From Octopus sinensis (Eukaryota): 64,000 nt of DNA. Where the stretch lies: NCBI RefSeq assembly GCF_006345805.1, contig NC_043010.1, positions 51,398,001 to 51,462,000 on the forward strand. Direction: 5' to 3'. Of the stretch, positions 36,615-46,833 are shown in pieces. Within the stretch, counting starts at the first letter, position 1. Each line of letters starts with the position of its first letter. A model generated the notes under the pieces. It ran no database searches. It saw only the letters and a program-made list of their open reading frames with translations, and was not told the DNA's origin. The translations under genes and the position numbers were made by a program.

Positions 36615-37414
36615 GTGTATATATATATATATATCTCTGTAAATGTAATATGTGACAATTATTCGGTAGCCATGATAGAACTCCGAGTTTCGGATCCCGA
36701 GGTGGAAATCCACGTCGCCATCTCCTCAGTTGGATAAATTTTCACACCCACAATTAAAGATAACCGCCTCTAGCCCCTGCAGCAACACGAAAAGCCACCA
36801 TTATTCAAACAGTGCAACCTGTATATCCCATAATTTTTCCCATATTTCTCACCATGGCAACAAAATGGTAGCCCCGAGCGACTTGCAACCCTCCTCACAC
36901 CATTACCCACCCCAATTTACCCCCCAGTGTAAATTCTGGCGCCAATCCAACCCCATCTACCACCCCCTAAACTGTTCCCACCTCAAAGTGAGACAAATAA
37001 CCAAGAAATCAAACAACAGTTTCGCATTTCAGCTTTATAGATATTGATGGGTGAATGGCATCTCTGGAACAACAGATATACGTGTCACACCTTGTTATTT
37101 TGTCATCTGCTACCTGCAGGAGATAGGTCTGATCTGGAGCTATACAACTTCAGGTTGTTCAATTAATCAATCAATCCCAAAAGCTTGACTTATGGATTCT
37201 GGGAGTATCTAAATTGAGAGCAATCATCATCATCATGATTTAATGTCCGTTTTTCACACTGGTATGGGTTGGACGGTTTGACAGGAGCTGGCTAGGAAGA
37301 CTGCACCAGGCTTCTCTGCATGTTTTAGCAATAAGAACAAAACAAAATAGCACAGCTTCTTCTGAAAATTTGTAACACTAACAAGAACAACAAACAATAG
37401 ATAAAATTTCTTAC

Positions 37415-37591
37415 CTGAAATCCCTTGGATTTTGCATAGCTCCAAAACTCTTCAAAATGCCTGACTTTCTCATTAACACTGTCGTAAATTATGAATGGGA
37501 AGAAACCGTCATCAATTGTCTTTTTGAAGCTTTTCAGAATACTCTGCCTATATGTCTCTTCAAGATCAGGTTCATACTCATATTGCAGAAC
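37415..37591 (-). CDS. YLPM1: YLPM1 exon (VLQYEYEPDLEETYRQ...DDGFFPFIIYDSVN...AKSKGFQ), contains Walker-B-like IIYD
   Basis: Acceptor gcttttag, donor GTAAGA; 177 nt, phase 0/0; not in the ORF track. Confidence 0.95.
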
Positions 37592-38195
37592 CTAAAAGCA
37601 ATACAATACAAAGAACAGATACAGTATAAATATTTTTTGTCTACGGTATTTCATGGCAAAAAAAAGACATGGTGATAATTATATGCAACCCAATTTCAGT
37701 AGTGCATATTGAGGAAGGAAAAAAAAAACGGTTATAGATGATTAAAGCTTATGAGAGGCCCAACTTCACATATAGGACTTAGGGTGATATTTTGAAACAT
37801 TTTTTGCTTTGTTAATAAAAGAGAGCAGGGGTCTCTTATATGCCATCAAATAGAGTAATTCAATGTGTCATTTACTAGTGTTGATATTTTAGGCCACACT
37901 TCAGCAGTCTTTGTTTGGTTTTTATCGCTAGAAATTATATTTTCTATAGAGTTGATATTCTAGGCAGTGCCTCAACAGTCTGGTCCACTGTTGTAATCAC
38001 AGTAAAACTGATGACCATTTTGCTTGCTGGCTTCATGCTCTTGCTTGATGGGGCTGAGGTCATCCCAGGTTAGTGGTCCCAGAGACATCATATGTAGAGC
38101 CAACCAGGTCCACCAGTGCTCTCCACTGCTGATGGTCCCATGCCAACTCTCTGTATCCACCAAGATGTCGTCGTGCTTCTGGAGATCTTCCTCAA

Positions 38196-38415
38196 CCCTT
38201 TCATTACCAACCCGGCTGAAACCAGCTTTGGCTCTGAGTACAAATGTCTTGCTTCCATAAGTTTTGAATTAAAATCTTCTACCAAACCGTAGTCAAAATT
38301 TATGTTCCTAACACTAGCTTTAATGATAACTAAGTCATTTTACTAAATTCTTTGTTATATTTAAAGTAATTGAAAGAAACACAGAGCATCTTAACAGAAA
38401 TACGTAACAAAAGGG
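38196..38415 (+). mobile_element. piggyBac-like MITE, family 1, second copy (older related copies near 52975-53187, 57850-58070, 12140-12230)
   Basis: Collinear with 31314-31530; TIRs slightly decayed; right TTAA intact. Confidence 0.8.
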
Positions 38416-38735
38416 TTAAATCATTTTGCTACTTTTACAATATTCAGTTGGAATTGAATTTCTAATGTAGGACATACTCTGCTAAGTTGACTTTCTTTGA
38501 TGCATTATAGAAAGCTGCAGTCTAGTAGTGCACCTGCAAGCCAACAGCCCTGAGAGATCACCATCACCACATATCATAGTTCACTCTCATACACACACAC
38601 AAAAGCACATACTCAACAAGAGAAGGGGTGATTGTAGAGGATGTGAGAGAATGGGATAAAGAGCAAAAAAAAATCAGGGAGTAAGCAAACAAGCATGGGA
38701 CTACAAGCAAATATGCAATATTTACACCTGCTTAC

Positions 38736-38855
38736 CTTCTTTTTAATCATTTTGTTCGACTCTGAATCTTTTTCAACTTTCTCAACTTCCACCATAAAGT
38801 AGTCATCCATACACAGCATCCTGGGAGCTGGTCCACCATTATTAGTCTCTTTATC
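38736..38855 (-). CDS. YLPM1: YLPM1 exon (DKETNNGGPAPRMLCMDDYFMVEVEK...KKK)
   Basis: Acceptor ccccag, donor GTAAGC; 120 nt, phase 0/0. Confidence 0.95.
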
Positions 38856-39854
38856 CTGGGGGAAAACACAACAGAATATAATCCATTACAAAGCTACATC
38901 AAGATAGGTGAATTCACCTCCGTACTAACACAATATCTCAGGTGGTTAAACCCCTATTGGTAATTAACTAAATGTATGTACTTATGTATAATTCACAATG
39001 CACTGTACATTGTTTTTAATTAATTTGTAATGAAAGGTTGATCTTTTTTTCCCCACAGCAGAACAAAATGGGATTGGTCTAGTCAGTTTCTAGTTTTGTT
39101 AGAACTTTGTAAAATAAAGAATATTTCTCTTCTATCCATAGAGGGACCAATAAATCATAACTATTCATAGTATATACAAGTACACTATGACTGAGTTAAT
39201 AATTAACCAATGTTGTCAGCTCATGCACTGCCATGCAAATCAGACTGAACAGTTTAGTGGAGTCTTAATTTTTAGACACTAATAATAGCTATCAGATACT
39301 AATTTGTCAGCTGATAGAAAAATGTATATTCTTTCCCTGAGGGTCTAACAATACTATTTTTAACTGCCCATAGTATGGTAAAACTTGTTTAACCAGTTTG
39401 TTTACTTTTCACAATGGTTAAGGGTTAGGCTCAGGATTATAAGGTGGTGGGTTCAATACCTGGAACACGTAGGGTGCTGTGTCCTTGAGCAAAACACTTC
39501 ATTTCACATCTCTCCACTCTACTCAGCTCGGGAGTACCTGCCTAGTGCTGGGGCAACATTCTCTCCCTCCAACTGTTACATCCTGGGTCCTCTGTTGGAT
39601 CAAGGGTAGGAGAGCCAAGTGGGTGTCTGTGCACGCTCATGACTACACAGGAACTTCAAACAACTAGCAAAACCATGGTATTTGCTACCAAGTCATATTT
39701 AAATATGAGCAGTACCACCACCTTACATTTCAAATTATACATGTATGCAAGACTTCAACCAACCACTAAGCCCTGTACTCATTGCAACACACCTCTATCC
39801 CTAGCTGTCGTTTCAAGCAATATTTCCTGTTTTTCAAAAATCACAATTGGAAAT

Positions 39855-39890
<36 letters not shown>

Positions 39891-39964
39891 ATCAGTTCAC
39901 AGTACATTCAAATGCTCATAAGTGGTGATCACAAGTGTTCTGTTTGAATAAACCAAGTACTTAC

Positions 39965-40187
39965 TCTGATTAACTTGCTAACATAAGTTTTGCCTGAGCC
40001 TGGTAAGCCTCTAATTATCACCACCACTTGATGCGGGCGCTTGTCTCGTCCTGGCTTGCACAACAGGTCATCAGCAGATACAACCTCAGCCTTCGTTTCT
40101 GGTTGTGAGGGAAGCTGGGATTTGGGGAATGCATCGCGTATGTGTGGGGGTTCTGTATTATGATAACCCCTGTTTGGGCTGTTATAC
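39965..40187 (-). CDS. YLPM1: YLPM1 exon with Walker A P-loop (VVVIIRGLPGSGKTYVSKLIR), phase 2/0
   Basis: Acceptor ttttctag, donor GTAAGT; 223 nt; GxxGxGKT motif. Confidence 0.97.
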
Positions 40188-40406
40188 CTAGAAAATATAA
40201 AAGAAGGGGAGGGAGGGGAGGAAAAAACAAAAGTAATTTCAAATGCAAAAATTATAGCTGAAATAAGAAGTAGGGGATGCAAGAGTAACCATAGTAAAAA
40301 CAATTGATAAAAACCATCAACAAATTTTCAAATTTTACAAAAATATCAAATTCCATAATAACAATGAAGATTTCTAAGATAAGTGCTGGAATGGCTATAT
40401 GATTAA

Positions 40407-40621
40407 CCCTTTAGCATTCAGATTACTACCAACTGTAATACTTATTTAATCCCATCTTTTAAAATTAATCATGCATTATCTTATAGCTTTGAGATACTGA
40501 TATGTTTGTTTATTTTCAGAATTACATTGAAGGGTAGGTGTAAGAGGCTGGATCTGGCTAGTCTGAAAGTAAAACAGATAGACTCTTTGGGCTGGATACA
40601 GCCGGCTTAAATGCTAAAGGG
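40407..40621 (+). mobile_element. piggyBac-like MITE, family 2, second complete copy
   Basis: TTAA|ccctttagcatt ... aatgctaaaggg|TTAA. Confidence 0.82.
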
Positions 40622-41195
40622 TTAAGAGAAATATGAGATCCCTTACTCAAAAAGACAGATAAGGGTTAGTAACAGCAAGAGCACTAGGTTGCAAATACAA
40701 TGTTGCAATAATATACTCATTTACAAAAATGCTAGCAAGGAAAACCATTGTAAACACAAAACAAATGAAGTCCTTGATATTACTATTTGAAAATAAGAAA
40801 AGATGGTCTGCTGGATGAAGAGTTACTTGGGGGCAATAATAGAAATAATCCTTTCTACTGTAGGCACAAGGCCTGAAATTTTAGTGGCGGGGGTTAGTTG
40901 ATTACATTGATCCCAGCACTCTACAGGTACTTCTTTCATCAAGACCAAGAAGATGAAAGACAAAGTCGACCTCAGTGGGATTTGAACTCAGAGCATAAAG
41001 CTGCTAAGCATCTTGTCTAGAACGCTAATGATTCAGCCAGCCCATCACCTTAACAAGAACAGTTATGATTTTCTTTTTTTTAGATGAACACAAAACCAAG
41101 AATTATGTGTATACAATGAGACACCTTGTCAGACAGAGAAATTTAAAAAAAAAAAAAAAAAAGGCAAAAGAAAATAAAATAAATCTAGAACCTAC

Positions 41196-41601
41196 CTTCC
41201 TCGGCAGTCCCGATCATACTTTCTATCATCATGCTTACGGTCAGCCCACTTATCTTCCTCATCCATGCGCTCCCGTCCTCTCAAATAGCTCTCCCTATCG
41301 CCTGGGCCATCACGGAACTTGTCTCGCTCCCTTAGTCGCTCTCTTTCTCGGCTATCATGGGCGATTGGACGACCACGATCTCGGTCTCGACACTCTCGAT
41401 CTCTGAGGTCGATGTCTCTGTCCCTGTTGCGCATCCTTTCCATATCCCGCATCATGTCTTCCTTATCGCAGTTGCGTGGCCTGTCACCATCGCGAAGCCA
41501 GTTCCCTTGGAAAGCGCCGTGCTCATTCTCAGGAAACATCCTTCCTCGGTCACCCCTCATATGGTCCGGAGGTAAGTTCTTGTTCCCTTGAAAATCCATG
41601 T
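41196..41601 (-). CDS. YLPM1: YLPM1 exon, RD/RE dipeptide-rich (MDFQGNK...RDCRG), phase 1/2
   Basis: Acceptor cattacag, donor GTAGGT; 406 nt; within ORF 41192-41626. Confidence 0.88.
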
Positions 41602-42279
41602 CTGTAATGATGAGAAAAAAATGCAAAAGATAAGAGAGAAATAGAGAACATCATCATTTTGATGCCTAGTTTTCCATACTTGCATAGGATGAACAGAATT
41701 TGTTGAAGCAGATTTTCTATGGCAGTATACCCAGATGCCCTTCCTGTCACCAACTTCTGTTTCCAAGTTTGGTAAGATTTCCCAATGACCAGGTATGATT
41801 TTATAGAATACTGGGAATGAAGGACACCACTTGCATGGTGACAACGACACTCGTTTACAACTATCACGCGATGTCAAAGCAAGGAGACAGCAGCACATAC
41901 ACAATGGGTTTCTTTCAGTTTCCATCTGCCAAATCCACTTAGCTTACAAAGCATTGGTCACCCCAAAGCTATACAAGAAACCACTTGTCCAAGGTGCCAT
42001 GCAGCAGGACTAAATCTGAAACCACATGGTTAAGAAGCAAACTTACTACACAGTCACAACTGTGCCTATATCTATTGGCCACACTGGTATCTATGGAAAT
42101 GACAATATAATTTTAAAGACCGGCTGACCCACAGGATATATTGCATACAAGTTATACACTTTTAATGGTTGATTGATACAGTTGGTAGAGCAGTGGACTA
42201 AGCCTTTTCTTTCCCATGTTGGCTTCAAATCCCAGACATTTGAAATCAATTATGTCTATTATTTTTCCAGATTTTATCA

Positions 42280-42535
42280 CCACTACTCTACTAATCATGT
42301 CTGTCGGGCATGTAGAAGAGAGTGTAATTCGGCAGGAGGACTTAAACGACATGCAAAGGTACATGAAGCCCAGTTACAACTACAGCCGGCTATTACCGGT
42401 AAAGGTTTTAGTTGCCAATTTTGTACAAGACATTGTGGATCTTTAGCTGGGCTAAAAAGTCACATTCGATCACAGCACCAGTAACAGTTAAGCTTTGTGC
42501 AATGGCCATACTCGATAACGAGGGGGGAGCCATAA
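42280..42535 (+). mobile_element. 3' end of an RTE-type LINE encoding two C2H2-like fingers
   Basis: CRACRRECNSAGGLKRHAKVH and CQFCTRHCGSLAGLKSHIRSQH*, the CxxCxRxCxSxxGLxxH type typical of RTE ORF ends; short UTR ending in a microsatellite. Confidence 0.65.
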
Positions 42536-43285
42536 TATATACACACACATACATACACACAATGGGTTTCTGTGCAGTTTTCATGTACCAAATTCACTCA
42601 CAAGGCATTGGTTGGCCTGGGGATATAGATGACACGGGTTCAAGGTGCTGTGCAGTGGGACTAAACTCAAAAACTCACATGGATGCAAATCCTGCTTATT
42701 AACCAGATATGTCTTTATTGTTTTTTTTTTAAGTGTACATACAAATAGAGCAAATTAGATATATATACACATACACACAACAGTTACAGTATAGCAATAT
42801 AGCAATACCTCGTGATGGATCTGGTCGTCCTAGATAGTTGGCATGCTTGTGACCATAGTCAAAGACAGCTGGTGGTTTATTCCTAGCCAGATCTGTAGAA
42901 CAAGAAACCAAGAATATAAGTAGTAGCAGGTGCAATTAAACAGAATTAAAACACCTCTGTTAATTTTTTTCATTGTTGCTTCTAAGGATCCTTTGAATTG
43001 TTTAACAGATTGTGAGTTAGATGGAATAAAATGATATAATTTTGGGGTATGTATAAGTCAGTATTTAGACTAAAAACCTTCATTTCTAAAGTATAGGTAC
43101 TAATGGTTCCAAATGTTGGCACAAGGCCAGCAATTTTAGGAGGAGTTGGGGTGAGTTGATTATGCTAAACTCAGTACTTGATTGGTATTTATTCTAGCAA
43201 TCTCAAAAACATGAAAAGCAGAGTCAACCATCACAGAATTTGAACTCAGAATTTGCATACATGTGTGTCACATATTATTTTACAG

Positions 43286-43330
<45 letters not shown>

Positions 43331-43804
43331 GAGGCTCCTTTCAATTTCCATCAACCAAATCCACTTACAAGGCTTTGGTTGGCCAAAGATGGAAATTTAA
43401 AAGAAAAAAAATCTACAAAAATGAAGTTAACAGTCCAAAGAATTATAACCTCAACTCAATTCAGACATTTAAACCACATAAATTTTTTTTTTAATCACTA
43501 TACACTGATTAGCAAAAGTTCACTGTAATCAATGACTCATAACTGTATTTTATACACTCTCTGTGCTACTCCTAATACTTCAACAACAGACTACCTTTCT
43601 CAATCAGCTCACTGCATTTCATGTCCCAAGCCCAGCCAACATATTCACCACCATCATCCTCCTAAACCCCTGTCTCTCTCTCTCCATACAATTATGTGTA
43701 TGTTAGCCTCAAAACTTTCCTTTATTATTCCTCACCAGAACTTCAGCCTTTCTAGAACTCCCCTTCTACTTATGCTGTTTAGTCCCAAGTAGGTTCCCTA
43801 CGGT

Positions 43805-44045
43805 GGAGGCGCGTGGCTTAGTGATTAGGATCAGCATTATGATCGTAAGATTGTGGTTTCGATTCCTGGACCGGGCGACACATTGTGTTCTTGAGCAAAA
43901 CACTTCATTTCACGTTGCTCCAGTCCACTCAGCTGACAAAAATGAGTAACGCTCTGATGGACTGGCATCCCATCCAGCTGGGGAACACATATGCCATAGA
44001 AACCGGGACCATGAGCCTGGCTAGGCTTTAAAAGGGTGCATTTAT
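43805..44045 (+). mobile_element. tRNA-derived SINE family B (other copies at about 11765-11880, 12400-12530, 15680-15985, 21540-21780, 28850-29100, 35295-35600, 39415-39660, 45255-45350, 46845-47135, 47890-48150, 63885-64000)
   Basis: Head tggc(c/t)tagtggttag...ttcgattcc, core tgtgttcttgagcaa(a/g)acactt...gctccagt(c/t)cactcagctg; several different tails. Superfamily (CORE, Meta or Deu) not assigned. Confidence 0.82.
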
Positions 44046-44201
44046 TATTATTTAGGTTCCCTATGAAGAAAACTTTATGCACTAAGGCATTTCAGTAATG
44101 GATGTCTTTTTCTTTCCCCCCCCTTTTTAAGGAGAAACAAGAAACAAAAGGAGCTATTGCTCTAGCACTGCAGCAACAGTTTTCAGAACAAAGAACTACA
44201 T

Positions 44202-44434
44202 TAGTTGGTTCTCAACCCGAGTCCACATAAGGATTTGTTGTTACAATTTATGTGCAATAAATTGGTTATGCTTCTACAATATACAAAATATTTCAATTTT
44301 TTATACAGCCCCTAATAATGTTTAATTCTATAAATGCAAGAGAATTTTTTTAATGTTGCATGGCTATGGGGGTCCTGAAGAACAAAATTGGAACTGAAGG
44401 GGGTCCATAGGAAAAAAACAGTTGAGAACCACTG
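44202..44434. mobile_element. hAT-like MITE (related copy with damaged right end at about 47446-47749)
   Basis: Right TIR gttgagaaccactg, degenerate left TIR; 6/8 TSD aactacat / gattacat; shares ggggtccat and ggctatgggggtc blocks with the 47.4-kb copy. Confidence 0.65.
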
Positions 44435-44501
44435 GATTACATGCAATGCTTGATGCAGTGGTTATAGATAGATTAGATGGTTATAGATAGATATGTGATC
44501 A

Positions 44502-44724
44502 AGGCGGCGAGCTGGCAGAATTGTTAGCACGCTGGGCGAAATGCTTTGCGGTATTTCGCCTGCCGCTACAATCTGAGTTCAAATTCCGCCAAGGTTGACT
44601 TTGCCTTTCATCCTTTCGGGGTCGATTAAATAAGTACCAGTTCCGCACTTGCGTCGATATAATCCATTTGTCTGTCCTTGTTTGTCCTCTCTGTGCTTAG
44701 CCCCTTGTGGGTAGTAAAGAAATA
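44502..44724 (+). mobile_element. SINE family C with 14-bp flanking repeat ggttatagatagat
   Basis: Full head and tail; repeat at 44479-44492 and 44725-44738. Confidence 0.88.
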
Positions 44725-44877
44725 GGTTATAGATAGATAGAAGACTAAGGAAGATAAAAGTATGTATCATCATCTGTTTCAGAATTAAAAGATGCAAACA
44801 CAAAAACATGATGATGATGATGATGAGCACATTAGGCAGAAATTTAGAAAGCAAAGAAGTATTTCCTTTCTCCTTAC

Positions 44878-45029
44878 CTGAATCAGGTTCAAACATTTCT
44901 CTGGCCGGTCGATGTGCATAATCGATCGTTTCTCCATATGGAGGAAGAAAGTCACCACGGTGGAATCTCTCATTTGGATGCCTATTGCCCCTTTGTACAT
45001 CAAATTCTTTGGGTGGGAAGTTCCGATCT
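44878..45029 (-). CDS. YLPM1: YLPM1 exon (DRNFPPKEF...ETIDYAHRPAREMFEPDS), phase 2/1
   Basis: Acceptor ttattttgaag, donor GTAAGG; 152 nt. It bridges the phase-2 end at 58397 to the phase-1 start at 41601. Only partly visible in the ORF track. Confidence 0.8.
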
Positions 45030-46256
45030 CTTCAAAATAAAAATAAACAATAACAATAAAAATTTTTTTTTTTTTTTAATCATGAAAATTTCACTCGCAT
45101 GAACACAATTGACAAAAAATATAGAGCAGAAAATGGGATACTGATGCCCCCACCACCCCTTAATGACATTTCTGTAAAGATAACTTGCAAATAGTTAATT
45201 ACTAAGATGTTATTAGTGCATTTGTTAAGTGGTTCGTATTTTGAACCCATGATCATAAGGTCAAAAGGTGATTCCTGAATGTGTCCTTGAGCAAGGCACT
45301 TCATTCCATAATGCTCCAGTCTACTCAGCTGAAATGAACAGCAGCCTGGTGCTGGTACAGCATTCTTTCACTGCTGTTGTCATGTTCTTGATGTTCCGCT
45401 GGTTAAAGAGCAAAAAGCTGAGAAAGGGTGCCTTTTGTCTGCTCATAACTACACAGACACATGAAACAATTAGCAAAATCAGGGTATATGATAACAAGTC
45501 ATACTTGCTTGCAAGTGATGGCTATGTTGCTTTCGTTTTTGTCTTTTGCTTATCATCATGCTTGCATGGGTCAGACAGAGTTTATTGAAGTAGACTTTTC
45601 TATGGCCCTTCCTGTATCCAAGCAAGGTAAACATTTCTCCAAGAGCCAGATATGTTCATGCAGAATATTGGAAGTGAATGACAATCATTAACAACTGCCA
45701 TGTGATGTGAAGATAAAGAGATACAAACACACATACATATAGATGAGAAGCTTCTTTCAGTTTCCATCTACCATATCTACTCACAAGATCTTAGTTAGCC
45801 CAAGGCTATAGTAGAAGACACTTGCCCGAGGTGTCATGCAGTGGGACTGAATCCACAACCATTTGATCGGGGAAAAACTTCTTACCTAACACACACACAC
45901 ACACACAAGTGTCTTGTTTATTAATTCTGCTTTCATAAATTTCTGCTTTGAAGGTAATTTTTCATGTTACAAGCTTCATAGATAGCAGATGGACTCATAC
46001 AGTTACCAAGATGTATCCAAGAGATCAGAAAGAGTCATTTGAAGGGAGGATTTATTTAGTTAAGCGATTTGCACCAAAATGGAAAAGAAGGGGCTACAAT
46101 CCAGGAAGACATAGAAGCACATTATAACCAGCAGTCTCTAACAACATCCTGTAGTCTATTTGATAAAAGTGATAATTTCAATTTTACATATATTTCACCA
46201 CACCAATCAATTCATTACCAACAACCATTATTTCTTTTCTTTTGAGCCAACAATCA

Positions 46257-46833
46257 ATTTCTTTATTAACCATAAGGTTGAGAAAAAGAGGGGACGATAC
46301 GAGGACAGACAAAACAAACATTGGGGTCAGGGTATCGAATGAGATGAAACGTATGAATAAACAAACAATGAAAATATATACAATTAAATGAGAATGAGTG
46401 ATTTACAAAAACATGAAGCGGAGGACGCGGTCGACCCTACAAACCACATACTAACACTGAAGACTTTGCTTTCTCCTTTTTATATTCTTGTTTAAACAGG
46501 TTCTTTCACTCACAACATACTTGCTATAGACTTCCATCTTTTATGAAACACACTTTGCGACAGGCATTTCTTCTCCACCCTTATTTTCCGTTTCATGTGA
46601 AAAATGAAAAAGTCGATTAGCTCAAGACTGGAGCTGAACATGCCTGTTGCAATTCCTTTCACTCTCGTCTTCCATACTACCTCTTTCGCAACAGCAACTA
46701 CTGAGAGCATTGGAGTCGCTATAAGATTGTTTGAAATGCTAAGAATAACAGTTAAATAACCCTCAAAGAATACCTTACCATCTTTAATGAAGAACATGCT
46801 GCATAACATAGTCCTAAGTATAAGTGAAGGCAA
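46257..46833 (-). mobile_element. 5'-truncated Tx1-like (L1 clade) LINE: ORF2 C-terminus plus 3' UTR
   Basis: ORF 46510-46833 ends ...VVAVAKEVVWKTR...FFIFHMKRKIRVE...FHKRW...*, resembling the remembered Tx1 ORF2 end pattern (ALAK..I.KSR...F...VRSRIR.E...F...W); followed by a UTR ending ttaataaagaaat. Confidence 0.6.

Noticed and set aside
42173-42484. Stand-alone host C2H2 zinc-finger gene
   Set aside because: Finger spacing and the GLxxH signature fit RTE LINE C-termini; there is no TGEKP linker, and the N-terminal part of the ORF is unrelated AT-rich sequence.
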